In this document: positions 17,992 to 26,579 of the stretch, in pieces
Layout: each line of letters starts with the position of its first letter
Position numbering within the stretch: the first letter of the stretch is position 1
DNA from: an uncultured Bacteroidales bacterium
GTDB taxonomy: Bacteria; Bacteroidota; Bacteroidia; Bacteroidales; Bacteroidaceae
Reading direction: 5' to 3'
Length of the DNA: 35,307 bases
NCBI GenBank assembly: GCA_902803605.1
Contig: CADCQH010000156.1
Span: forward strand, 1 to 35,307
Made by a program: the position numbers and the translations under genes
Notes under the pieces: generated by a model
What the model was told of the DNA's origin: nothing
What the model saw: only the letters and a program-made list of their open reading frames with translations
Database searches by the model: none

Positions 17992-18987
17992 TCATGAGTT
18001 CAGCTCAACAAACTTTTTGAAAGTCTGGAGGGCCTTGCCGCTGTCAAGCGATTCGCGTGCCTGTGCCACAGAGTCGGCCATGGACATATTGCGGTCCATA
18101 ATGCTGATGCCGCAGGCGGCGTTGGCGATGACCACATTCTTCTGCGCCTCAGTGGATGTACCATCAAGGACAGCATCGAAGATTTTCATAGCCTCCTCGG
18201 GGGTCTCGCCTCCATAGATGTCGCCCTGCTCAATGTATTTCAATCCTAAATCGACAGGGGTGAGCACCTTCTCGAAGTTGTTGGTGCAAATCTTGAAGCC
18301 GCTGGTGAGCGAAATCTCGTCGTAGCCGTCGTAGGAGGTGATGACGCCGAAGTTGTCGCCGATGCGTTGGTGGAGATTGGTGTAGAGACGGAGTTGAGCC
18401 TGGTTGGCTGTGCCATGGAGGGAATTCTTCGGATGGCAAGGATTGACGAGCGGACCGAGTAGGTTGAAGCAGGTGGGAACGGCCAAGGCCTTGCGGGTGG
18501 GACCGACGAACTTCATGCCGTAGGCGAAGAGGGGAGCGTGGAAGTAGCAGATGCCCGCCTCGTCGAGTGAACGCTTCAGGAGGCTGATTTCGTCGGTGAA
18601 CTTCACACCGTGTCCCTGCAGCACATTGCTGGCACCACTGACGGACGATGATCCTCCGTTGCCGTGCTTCGTCACCTTGTAACCCGCTCCGGCAATGACG
18701 AAGGCCGAGCAGGTGGAGATGTTGAACGTGTTCTTGCCGTCGCCACCCGTGCCCACGATGTCGAGGGTGTTGTATTCTGAGAAGTCCAGATACTTGCCCG
18801 TTTCAAGCAGTCCCTGACGGAGACCGAGTAGCTCGTCCACCGTTACGCCACGTGTTTGCATGGCCATGAGAAGGGCTGCCATCTGCTGCACATTATACTT
18901 TTCCTCCACGACGCCCAGCATGATGGTGTGGGTTTCTTCCTGCGTGAGGGTGTTCCCGTTGATGAGTTTCAATAAATATTGTTTCAT
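17992..18987 (-). CDS. trpD: anthranilate phosphoribosyltransferase
   Basis: 331 aa. DIVGTGGDGKNTFNIST and VTKHGNGGSSS motifs. Confidence 0.9.
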   Translation of the reverse strand: MKQYLLKLINGNTLTQEETHTIMLGVVEEKYNVQQMAALLMAMQTRGVTVDELLGLRQGLLETGKYLDFSEYNTLDIVGTGGDGKNTFNISTCSAFVIAGAGYKVTKHGNGGSSSVSGASNVLQGHGVKFTDEISLLKRSLDEAGICYFHAPLFAYGMKFVGPTRKALAVPTCFNLLGPLVNPCHPKNSLHGTANQAQLRLYTNLHQRIGDNFGVITSYDGYDEISLTSGFKICTNNFEKVLTPVDLGLKYIEQGDIYGGETPEEAMKIFDAVLDGTSTEAQKNVVIANAACGISIMDRNMSMADSVAQARESLDSGKALQTFKKFVELNS

Positions 18988-19556
18988 TGTGCTTGTTGTT
19001 TTAACCAGTTGTTGATAATTGTTTTACCTTCTTTTGTCAGTACGCTTTCAGGGTGATACTGGATGCCGCGAATGTCATATTCCTTGTGCCTAAACGACAT
19101 GATGAAGCCCTCGTCCGACACGCTGGTCACCTCGAGACAATCGGGCAGTCCGTCGGTATCGACCACCCAAGAGTGGTAGCGTCCCACCTCGATATTGTCG
19201 GGCAGTCCGTCGAAGAGATAGTCCCGCACGGTGATGGTGACAGGTGTCGCCACACCATGATAGACTTCGCTAAGGTTGGTCAGGTGTCCGCCGAAACTCT
19301 CGCCGATGGCCTGATGACCGAGGCACACGCCAAGGATAGGCTTTCGGCCTGCATAGGTCTTGATGACATCCAGCAGGAGACCTGCCTCGCTGGGAATGCC
19401 AGGACCTGGCGAGAGGATGATCTTGTCGAAAGCCTTGAGTTGCTCCATACTGAACTGGTCGTTGCGATAGACAGTCACGTCGGCTCCGAGTTCCTTTACG
19501 AGGTGACTCAAGTTATAAGTGAAAGAGTCGTAGTTGTCGATGATTACTACTTTCAT
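18984..19556 (-). CDS. trpG: anthranilate synthase component II (glutamine amidotransferase)
   Basis: 190 aa. GVCLGHQ catalytic Cys and YHPES. The ATGA overlap with the trpD start suggests translational coupling. Confidence 0.9.
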   Translation of the reverse strand: MKVVIIDNYDSFTYNLSHLVKELGADVTVYRNDQFSMEQLKAFDKIILSPGPGIPSEAGLLLDVIKTYAGRKPILGVCLGHQAIGESFGGHLTNLSEVYHGVATPVTITVRDYLFDGLPDNIEVGRYHSWVVDTDGLPDCLEVTSVSDEGFIMSFRHKEYDIRGIQYHPESVLTKEGKTIINNWLKQQAQ

Positions 19557-19592
19557 GGGAATGTTTGCTTTGAATAAAATAAATGATGAATG

Positions 19593-21014
19593 TCAGAGAT
19601 GCTCAGCGATGCTGATGGCCTTGCGGAGGGCACCGAGTTTATTGTTCACTTCCTGGAGTTCGTACTCCACATCACTCTTTGCCACGATTCCGCCACCAGC
19701 CTGGAACCAAAGTTCGCTGTTGCGGCTGACGAATGTGCGGATGGTGATGGCCTGATTGAGGCTTCCGTCGAATCCGATGCAGCCAACGCACCCTCCGTAG
19801 GCACCACGGTTGTGAGGTTCATATTCGGAGATGAGCTGCATAGCCCGCACTTTGGGTGCTCCAGAAAGCGTGCCGGCAGGGAAGGTGTCGATGAAGGTCT
19901 TCACGGGGTCTGCATCATCGTTAAGTGTACCGCTAACGCGGGATACGAGGTGAATGACATGGCTGTAGAACTGCATATCCTTGTAAAAATCCACCTTCAC
20001 ATCGTGGCAGTTGCGGCTCAGGTCGTTGCGGGCAAGGTCAACCAACATGACGTGTTCGGCATTTTCCTTGGGGTCGTTCTTTAGATAGAGGGCGTTCTGT
20101 CGGTCTTGCTCAGTATCACCTGTGCGTTTGGTGGTACCGGCAATGGGGTCAATATAGGCACGCATACCGTCAGAAGAACCGCTGGGTGCCGACTCGATGC
20201 GGCAATGGGTCTCAGGTGATGAGCCGAAGATGCGGAAACCTCCAAAATCCATGTAGAAGAGGTAGGGGGAGGGGTTGATGCTGCGTAAAGCACGATAGAG
20301 CTTAAACTCATCACCTTCGTAGCGCTGGATGAATCGGCGTGAAAGCACAATCTGGAAGACGTCGCCACGCAGACAATGACGAATACCCCGACGGATGTTA
20401 TCGCGGTGCTCATCGTCAGTGAGCGTGGATGTACATTCGCCTACAGGATGGAATCCGTACTGCTGATAAGGACGATTGTTCACGTCGTGCTCCAACTGGT
20501 CCAAGTCATCCTCCTCGCCATCAGCCAGAAGTTCGATAAGCGTCAACTCATTCCTGAAATGGTCGAAGATGACGTAATCTTTATAGAGTATGTACAGGAG
20601 GTCTGGTGCATCGTTCTCGGTCTGTGTCTCATCCTTCACGTTGATGTGCTCAAAATAGCGAACGGCATTGAATGTGGTGTAACCATAAAGACCACAATCA
20701 CCCTTGTGCTCTCCCTCGATGTAAAAGTGGCTGAGGAACCCATTGATAAGCTGTGCCGTATCATCAGCATTTGTCACAGGCATACGGGATTCCTCGCCAT
20801 TGGGGAAACGCATCACACCCACACCGTGTTCCACTGACACGCTGCCGATGGGGTGGAGACAAATGAACGAACGTGAGTTCTTGTTATCGTGATAGTCGGA
20901 GCATTCCATCAGGGCACTTTGCGGATAGGCATCGCGCACTCTCAGATAGACACTCACAGGAGTGTTGAGGTCGCCCAAAATATTCTTCGAGGCGGTGTGA
21001 TAATTGTACTTCAT
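19593..21014 (-). CDS. trpE: anthranilate synthase component I
   Basis: 473 aa chorismate-binding enzyme. GTLSGAPKVRAM, RGAYGGCVGCIGF and FQAGGGIVAKSD motifs. Confidence 0.9.
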   Translation of the reverse strand: MKYNYHTASKNILGDLNTPVSVYLRVRDAYPQSALMECSDYHDNKNSRSFICLHPIGSVSVEHGVGVMRFPNGEESRMPVTNADDTAQLINGFLSHFYIEGEHKGDCGLYGYTTFNAVRYFEHINVKDETQTENDAPDLLYILYKDYVIFDHFRNELTLIELLADGEEDDLDQLEHDVNNRPYQQYGFHPVGECTSTLTDDEHRDNIRRGIRHCLRGDVFQIVLSRRFIQRYEGDEFKLYRALRSINPSPYLFYMDFGGFRIFGSSPETHCRIESAPSGSSDGMRAYIDPIAGTTKRTGDTEQDRQNALYLKNDPKENAEHVMLVDLARNDLSRNCHDVKVDFYKDMQFYSHVIHLVSRVSGTLNDDADPVKTFIDTFPAGTLSGAPKVRAMQLISEYEPHNRGAYGGCVGCIGFDGSLNQAITIRTFVSRNSELWFQAGGGIVAKSDVEYELQEVNNKLGALRKAISIAEHL

Positions 21015-21100
21015 AATGATGTGTTTGTATTATGGCTATTATTAAAATTGCTTACTCACAATACGATTATTACATTATTAATATTATTGAATGTTGGTAG

Positions 21101-22291
21101 TTATTGTATATCTGTATGCTTCAGGTAGGTATCCAAGTCCTTGTCTCCTCTTCCGCTCACAGTAAGTACAACGACAGTATCTTTGGTGAATTGGTCTTTC
21201 ACTTTAGGCAGCAAGGCTAAAGCATGGGCACTCTCCAAGGCGGGAATGATGCCTTCCATGCGAGTCAGTTCAAATGCCGCCTTAAGTGCCTCGTCGTCGT
21301 TGACTGCCAGCACCTGTGCACGACCAGTCTCATAGAGATTACAATGGAGCGGTCCCGTTCCAGGATAGTCAAGGCCTGCCGAAATGGAATAAGGCTCGAT
21401 GATTTGTCCATCCTCCGTCTGCATCAGTTTGATGCGGCTACCATGTAGGATGCCCACGGTACCCACTTGAAGACTTGCTGCCGTCTGTCCCGAATCGATG
21501 CCCAAACCGCCTGCCTCGCCCAGGATGAACTTCACACGCTCGTCGTTCAGATAGTGATAGATGGTTCCGGCAGCATTGGAACCCCCCCCCACGCAGGCCA
21601 TCATCACATCTGGATAGTCGCGACCAATCTTCTCTTGAAGCTGCCATTTGATTTCCTCCGAGATGACTGATTGAAGACGTGCTACCATGTCGGGGTATGG
21701 ATGTGGGCCTACCGTACTCCCAATAATATAGAAGGTGTCGGCAGGATGGCAACACCAGTCACGAATAGCCTCGTTGGTGGCATCTTTCAGCGTCTTGTTG
21801 CCACTCTCCACAGGAACCACCGTGGCGCCCAGCATCTTCATGCGCTCCACGTTCACGTGCTGACGCTGCACATCGAGCGCTCCCTGATAAACCGTGCAGG
21901 GCATATCCATCAATGCACAGGCTGTAGCAGTAGCCACGCCATGTTGACCGGCACCCGTCTCAGCGATGATGCGTGTCTTGCCCAATTTCTTCGCCAAGAG
22001 AATTTGTCCCAACGCATTGTTGATTTTATGTGCGCCCGTGTGGTTCAAGTCCTCACGTTTCAGAAAAAGCTGACAGCCATACTTCTCGCTCATGCGCTTG
22101 GCCAGATAGAGTGGGGAAGGCCGTCCTACATAATCCTTCAGCAACGCATGATACTCTTTCTTGAACTCCTCGCTCTCAATAATGGGGAGGTAACTCTTCT
22201 TCAAATCCTCCACCGTCTTGTAGAGAATTTCTGGGATGTAGGCTCCGCCGAACTGTCCGTAGAAGCCTTCGTCATTTACTTGATAATCCAT
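21101..22291 (-). CDS. trpB: tryptophan synthase beta chain
   Basis: 396 aa. PLP-lysine motif HTGAHKINN, then GGGSNAAG and GLDYPGTGP. It is the first gene of the operon. Confidence 0.95.
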   Translation of the reverse strand: MDYQVNDEGFYGQFGGAYIPEILYKTVEDLKKSYLPIIESEEFKKEYHALLKDYVGRPSPLYLAKRMSEKYGCQLFLKREDLNHTGAHKINNALGQILLAKKLGKTRIIAETGAGQHGVATATACALMDMPCTVYQGALDVQRQHVNVERMKMLGATVVPVESGNKTLKDATNEAIRDWCCHPADTFYIIGSTVGPHPYPDMVARLQSVISEEIKWQLQEKIGRDYPDVMMACVGGGSNAAGTIYHYLNDERVKFILGEAGGLGIDSGQTAASLQVGTVGILHGSRIKLMQTEDGQIIEPYSISAGLDYPGTGPLHCNLYETGRAQVLAVNDDEALKAAFELTRMEGIIPALESAHALALLPKVKDQFTKDTVVVLTVSGRGDKDLDTYLKHTDIQ

Positions 22292-22362
22292 CTATCTATT
22301 TGTGTTGTTTATTATTTCTATTAAAATGTTTGCGTTCTCAATCAATGCCGTAGACACCAACC

Positions 22363-22396
22363 AAAAAAAAGAACCTATCGTAAGTACGACAGGCTC
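22363..22396 (-). terminator. trp attenuator (intrinsic terminator in the trpB leader)
   Basis: Minus-strand RNA is GAGCCUGUCG-UACUUA-CGAUAGGUUC, a 10-bp stem with 2 G-U pairs and a 6-nt loop. U8 follows immediately (A8 at 22363..22370 on the plus strand). It ends 71 nt before the trpB ATG. Confidence 0.75.
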
Positions 22397-22453
22397 TTTT
22401 TGTGCTATGCTATTTCTTTCGTTGCATAGGGGTATGACCAATGGACTTACGAT
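22377..22453 (-). promoter_or_regulatory. putative antiterminator pairing, mutually exclusive with the attenuator
   Basis: AUCGUAAGU (22453..22445, spanning the leader stop codon UAA) is perfectly complementary over 9/9 nt to ACUUACGAU (22385..22377). That target is the terminator loop plus the first 4 nt of its 3' arm. A small CUAUGC/GCAUAG hairpin (22405..22429) sits between the two arms. Confidence 0.55.
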
Positions 22454-22506
22454 TTTTTGAATCCCAAGTTCTGCCACCACCAATATGCATTGAAATTCTG
22501 TGTCAT
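22447..22506 (-). CDS. trpL: trp operon leader peptide MTQNFNAYWWWQNLGFKKS (19 aa)
   Basis: ATG 22506..22504. Three consecutive TGG codons at 22482..22474 (plus strand CCACCACCA). TAA stop 22449..22447. It lies between a near-consensus promoter box and the attenuator hairpin upstream of trpB. It is absent from the six-frame track because of its length. Confidence 0.7.
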   Translation of the reverse strand: MTQNFNAYWWWQNLGFKKS

Positions 22507-22531
22507 TGTTGTCGAATTTTGATTTCGGATG

Positions 22532-22539
22532 CAAAGTAA
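22532..22539 (-). promoter_or_regulatory. near-consensus -7 box TTACTTTG for the trp operon
   Basis: Plus strand caaagtaa is TTACTTTG on the minus strand, one mismatch to TAnnTTTG, 26 nt upstream of the leader ATG. Confidence 0.35.
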
Positions 22540-22566
22540 ATGCTTTTCTTCCAAACTAGCAAACAA

Positions 22567-22609
22567 AAAGGGAAGAAATTTCAACTTTTCGTATAAAATT
22601 CTTCCCTTT
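22567..22609 (-). terminator. terminator of the zinc-ribbon protein gene, insulating it from the trp promoter
   Basis: AAAGGGAAGAA (22567..22577) / TTCTTCCCTTT (22599..22609), an 11-bp stem. On the minus strand it is followed by TTGTTTGCT. It starts 47 nt after the stop at 22657. Confidence 0.6.
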
Positions 22610-22656
22610 CTGCCTAAATGTAGTCCGCAGGGCTGTCACTTACATGTAAATAACAA

Positions 22657-23565
22657 TCATTTCTGTATGGGGGCTCCACATGCACAACAGAATGCCGCAT
22701 CTGCAGGGTTCTTCTGTCCGCATTGTCCGCAGAAGACGGAAGGAGCCTCAAGGGTATCCTGTATTGGAGGAACATCTGCCATTGGCGTTTCTTCTGCTAT
22801 GACACGGCTTTTGACATCCTGCTTCCAGCGTTCGTAATACGCTTGTTCAGGCCCATCTTCGTGAGATTCAGCAGCCATCACCTGTATGATGAAATCGTCA
22901 AGACTGCTGATGACTCTTTTGCGTTCCTCGTCTTGCATGTTGTCCACAAATCGATGGGTCATGGACAGAATCTCCTCCAAGCTATAGGTACGGTCGATAT
23001 CATCGAAACAATGTCGAAGGGCATCGCGGTTCACTCCGTTCACATTCTCAATCATCATGGACTTGAAATCCTCAATGCTTTGATGTTCGCGGTCGCTGTA
23101 GTTGCCGTCACAATTGGCAAAGAAGAGCCCTGTTTGAGCCATCAGGCGTGCACTACAGAGAAGCGTCATCTCATCATTTCCCAAACCGTATTCCTTTGCC
23201 AGATTTGCAATGAAATCATCAGATGCCAGTATGGATGGTGGTACAGGAACTGAAGGAGGTGGAGGAGTTTGTATGGAGGTTGATGCCGCCACTTGTACGG
23301 GAGGTGGAGGTGGTGTCTGTAATGGAGTTTGCGGCGGGGTGGAAGTTTGCTTGGATTTTCCCAATGAACTTGCTTTCTCATTGAGTTTTCCGAAAGCACC
23401 CTTGGCCATGTCGATGAAACTGATCATGCCCGCTGCAATGCCGTTGACACCTTCGCTCAAGCCTTCACCAAGTCGATTGAAACTGCCGTCTTCAATCTTC
23501 CCCTTAATGCCTGCATTCATGCTCGCTGCAGTACGATTGATGAATTCTTCTATTGATGATGCCAT
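22657..23565 (-). CDS. hypothetical protein: N-terminal helical region, Pro-rich linker, TerB-like domain, C-terminal zinc ribbon
   Basis: 302 aa. Linker TSTPPQTPLQTPPPPPVQVAASTSIQTPPPPSVPVPPS. The central FANCDGNYSDREHQSIEDF...DEERKRVISSLDDFIIQVMAAE resembles TerB/DjlA-N type domains, a weak by-eye call. The C-terminus FCGQCGQKNPADAAFCCACGAPI is a CxxC...CxxC zinc ribbon. Confidence 0.55.
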   Translation of the reverse strand: MASSIEEFINRTAASMNAGIKGKIEDGSFNRLGEGLSEGVNGIAAGMISFIDMAKGAFGKLNEKASSLGKSKQTSTPPQTPLQTPPPPPVQVAASTSIQTPPPPSVPVPPSILASDDFIANLAKEYGLGNDEMTLLCSARLMAQTGLFFANCDGNYSDREHQSIEDFKSMMIENVNGVNRDALRHCFDDIDRTYSLEEILSMTHRFVDNMQDEERKRVISSLDDFIIQVMAAESHEDGPEQAYYERWKQDVKSRVIAEETPMADVPPIQDTLEAPSVFCGQCGQKNPADAAFCCACGAPIQK

Positions 23566-23597
23566 ATTAGCGATTGTTACGTGATTCGCACTTTACA

Positions 23598-24365
23598 TTA
23601 CTTCACTACAACAGTCTTGCCCTTCACTACATAGATGCCTGGCTCAAGACCTTCGATGCTGTCGGCAACTTTCACACCTGAAAGGTTGAACACTTCCACC
23701 TTTTCATTAGCCTTGACAACAGATTGGATGCTGGTTGTCTCGTTGGCTGCAATGTGGTTGGTCTTTAAGAGGGCGGAAGTACCGTTTGACATCTTTACGT
23801 AGCAACGGGTTGCATAGAAACCGTTAGAGCTGGATTCGGCATTGACGAACGCTGCCTCGCTGTTGTCCTTGGCAAGGATGCCATACAAACCTTCAGGTTC
23901 CAACTGTTCCTGAGCTCCAGCCATTGTGACTGTCTCACCAGTACCTTCTGCTGTGAACATCACCTTGGAAACGCCATTCACGATGAGTGCGTTTTCTGCC
24001 ACGAATTTCTTCGAACCGTTCTCACCATTGTAGAAGAGAATGTAAGGAGTGTTAGCCTTGATACCTTCAGATTTGCAGTCCTGGAAATTGAGTTTCACTT
24101 CCAGACCGTCGTTCTCAACGCCCACCAGTTTTTCAAGTTTACAGTCACTACCGAAAGCCTCGTTCACTTGTGCCTCAGACATGGCGAAGGGGAGTGAAAT
24201 GGTGTTCCATCCCGTGAAGAGATAACGACTAACTGTCACATTCATGGTCTGACCATCATACTTTGCGAGGTCTGTTCCCTGATAAGTGCTCAGAGTCAGA
24301 GATTTCTGAGCCGACATGCTGATGCAACCCAATGCAAAAGCAGTCATGAGTAAAAGTTTCTTCAT
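23598..24365 (-). CDS. secreted protein with a T9SS (Por) C-terminal sorting domain
   Basis: Signal peptide MKKLLLMTAFALGCISMSAQ. The C-terminus KVEVFNLSGVKVADSIEGLEPGIYVVKGKTVVVK is typical of type-A T9SS CTDs. The N-terminal domain has no recognisable function. Confidence 0.65.
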   Translation of the reverse strand: MKKLLLMTAFALGCISMSAQKSLTLSTYQGTDLAKYDGQTMNVTVSRYLFTGWNTISLPFAMSEAQVNEAFGSDCKLEKLVGVENDGLEVKLNFQDCKSEGIKANTPYILFYNGENGSKKFVAENALIVNGVSKVMFTAEGTGETVTMAGAQEQLEPEGLYGILAKDNSEAAFVNAESSSNGFYATRCYVKMSNGTSALLKTNHIAANETTSIQSVVKANEKVEVFNLSGVKVADSIEGLEPGIYVVKGKTVVVK

Positions 24366-24464
24366 ACGCTTTTTGGTTTTGGAGTTAATACTATGTTTGT
24401 TTTTAATTCATTGCTGATTATATATTATTAATGTATATCGTATTCTGTTCCCTTGCTTCCCTTC

Positions 24465-26471
24465 TTATTTGATTTCCTTGATGAAACCATGCCTATATGC
24501 AAAGAGGAGCCGTTTCAGGTTTTCTACTTTGGCACGAAGCACTTTCCCCTTGTCGGTGTCCTTCACATACATACGTTGTGAACTCAGTTCTACAATCTGG
24601 GTCGAGCTCTTGATGTCATCACCATTTTGGATAGCATCTTCGGCAGAACGGAAAGGCTGATGCTGCACCAACTCAAGTCCACGGCTATGGAAGGTGAGGG
24701 TGTAGCCTGCGATACCTGTTTCGGGTTGATAAGCACGTGAGAAGCCGCCATCTATGACGAGCAGTTTACCATTCGCCTTGATGGGCGTCTCACCTTTCAG
24801 CACTTTGACAGGCGTGTGACCGTTAATGATATGGCGATGCTTTCCCTCTACGCCAAAATCATCAAGAATCATATCGACGGTCTTCTCGTCGTTGTTGTAT
24901 TGGTAATAGTAGCCCTTCGTTTCCGCATATGTGGTTTTATCCTTGATGAAATAGCGTTCAAAGGTCGTCATCTTATCCTTGTCGAAGAGGGGAGAATCTT
25001 TGCCGCACCACAGATACCAGATGTAGTCTTTGGCATAACTCTTCCGTTCTTTGGACGTATCGTTGTTGAAAGCCTCGCGCACCAGATGACCAAGTTTCTT
25101 CATCAGAGCCATACCTTTGTATTTCTTTTCACCAATCGTCACCTCCTTCAACGAACCGTCAGCATTGAGCGGAATAGTGCCATGATACATCAGATTGCTA
25201 TTGGCTATGGAATACATGTTCCCATGAGCTAGTAGGCATAGGATATGACGTTGCAGTTTGTCGCTCGTTCTGAAGGAATGCTCCAGTTTGGCCATCAGTT
25301 GTTCTTCCTCTTCGCTCAACGCATTAGGATTCTCCTTATTGACGGTGGGGAGGAATGTGTCCTGCATCTCATACTCTTTGCCGTCGATGAAGCAGGTACC
25401 ATTCTGGAAGTAGATGTGTTCCAGCATTTTCCGTCCAGCCATATCAAACTCAGGATGACGGTCGATGATGCGTGCCTCCTCTTTGAATTGGATGATGGTG
25501 ATGGCCTTGTGCATTTGTGCGATAAGACGGTTGGTCTTTTCGTCGTGCTGGCTTTCCTTGCTCAGTTCGTTGGCTGTAAACAGTTTGCATGGGTCATCCT
25601 TATAGGTTTCCATGGCGAAGGTGGCAAGTGGTAGCAGATTGATGCCGTAGCCGTCTTCAAGGGTTGCGAGATTGCCATATCTGAGTGAGAGCCTCAGCAC
25701 ATTGGCGATGCAAGCTCTGTTGCCCACAGCTGCACCAAACCACTCTATATCATGGTTGCCCCATACAATATCGAAATGGTGATAGTTCATCAGCGTTTCC
25801 ATGATGAGATGGGCGCCTGAACCTCTATCGAAGATGTCACCAAGCAGATGCAGGCGATCGATGGCCAATCTTTGGATAAGGTTGCAGATAGATACGATGA
25901 AGTGGTCTGCGCGTTGGGTGTCGATAATGGTCTGTACAATCACATTGTAGTATTGGTGACGCTTTTCACCCACACCACTATGGCTTTCGTGCAGAAGTTC
26001 CTCGATGATATAGCCGAATTCTTCAGGCAGTTCCTTGCGGATTTTGCTGCGTGTGTACTTGGAACTGACTTCTCTCAGCACCTTGATGAGTTGGTTGAGC
26101 GTGATGATGTAGAAGTCCTCCATGTTAGTCTCAGCAGCCTTGATGCGCTGAAGCTTGGCTTCCGGGTAATAGATGAGGGTGCAGAGTTCCTGCTTTTCCG
26201 ATAAGCGGAGCGTTGGACCGAAGATTTCTTCCACCTTACGCTTTACATATCCAGAAGCATTCCGCAGCACATGGTTGAACGCATCGCTTTCGCCATGCGG
26301 GTCGCTGATGAAGTGCTCAGTCGGTTTGGGAAGGTTGAGGATGGCCTCCAGATTGATAATCTCACAACTTGCTTCAGCCACATTCGGATAACTTTGTGCC
26401 AGCAGTTGCAAATATCGGAGATCCTCTTTGATTTCCTCTTCGGTGAATATGTTTTCTCGCTTATATTCCAT
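24465..26471 (-). CDS. fbp: fructose-1,6-bisphosphatase class 3
   Basis: ATG at 26471 (MEYKRENIF...). LRYLQLLAQSYPN, the metallophosphoesterase motifs ISDPHGE, GDIFDRG and GNHD, then INGHTP. About 669 aa, as expected for class 3. Confidence 0.9.
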   Translation of the reverse strand: MEYKRENIFTEEEIKEDLRYLQLLAQSYPNVAEASCEIINLEAILNLPKPTEHFISDPHGESDAFNHVLRNASGYVKRKVEEIFGPTLRLSEKQELCTLIYYPEAKLQRIKAAETNMEDFYIITLNQLIKVLREVSSKYTRSKIRKELPEEFGYIIEELLHESHSGVGEKRHQYYNVIVQTIIDTQRADHFIVSICNLIQRLAIDRLHLLGDIFDRGSGAHLIMETLMNYHHFDIVWGNHDIEWFGAAVGNRACIANVLRLSLRYGNLATLEDGYGINLLPLATFAMETYKDDPCKLFTANELSKESQHDEKTNRLIAQMHKAITIIQFKEEARIIDRHPEFDMAGRKMLEHIYFQNGTCFIDGKEYEMQDTFLPTVNKENPNALSEEEEQLMAKLEHSFRTSDKLQRHILCLLAHGNMYSIANSNLMYHGTIPLNADGSLKEVTIGEKKYKGMALMKKLGHLVREAFNNDTSKERKSYAKDYIWYLWCGKDSPLFDKDKMTTFERYFIKDKTTYAETKGYYYQYNNDEKTVDMILDDFGVEGKHRHIINGHTPVKVLKGETPIKANGKLLVIDGGFSRAYQPETGIAGYTLTFHSRGLELVQHQPFRSAEDAIQNGDDIKSSTQIVELSSQRMYVKDTDKGKVLRAKVENLKRLLFAYRHGFIKEIK

Positions 26472-26489
26472 GTAAAGGTATTTTCGCCA

Positions 26490-26497
26490 CAAAATTA
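26490..26497 (-). promoter_or_regulatory. -7 promoter box TAATTTTG for fbp
   Basis: Plus strand caaaatta is TAATTTTG on the minus strand, 19 nt upstream of the ATG at 26471. Confidence 0.4.
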
Positions 26498-26498
26498 A

Positions 26499-26542
26499 GG
26501 AAAATGTTTGTAATGAGCAATGTTTTTTTCTGAAAATGTTAT
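26499..26542. repeat. three phased AATGTT(T) direct repeats in the fbp/glnN divergent control region
   Basis: AATGTT begins at 26503, 26519 and 26535, an exact 16-nt phasing. The outer copies share GAAAATGTT (9/9). Confidence 0.5.
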
Positions 26543-26549
26543 AACTTTG
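26542..26549 (+). promoter_or_regulatory. -7 promoter box TAACTTTG for glnN
   Basis: TAACTTTG, 31 nt upstream of the ATG at 26580. Confidence 0.5.
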
Positions 26550-26579
26550 CATTCAATTTAGATAATTGACATCAGAATT

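Noticed and set aside
22292-22534. An 80-aa minus-strand ORF spanning the whole trpB upstream region.
   Set aside because: It reads through a strong hairpin-plus-U8 terminator and has no coding features. The region is better explained by the 19-codon WWW leader ORF in another frame plus the attenuator structures.
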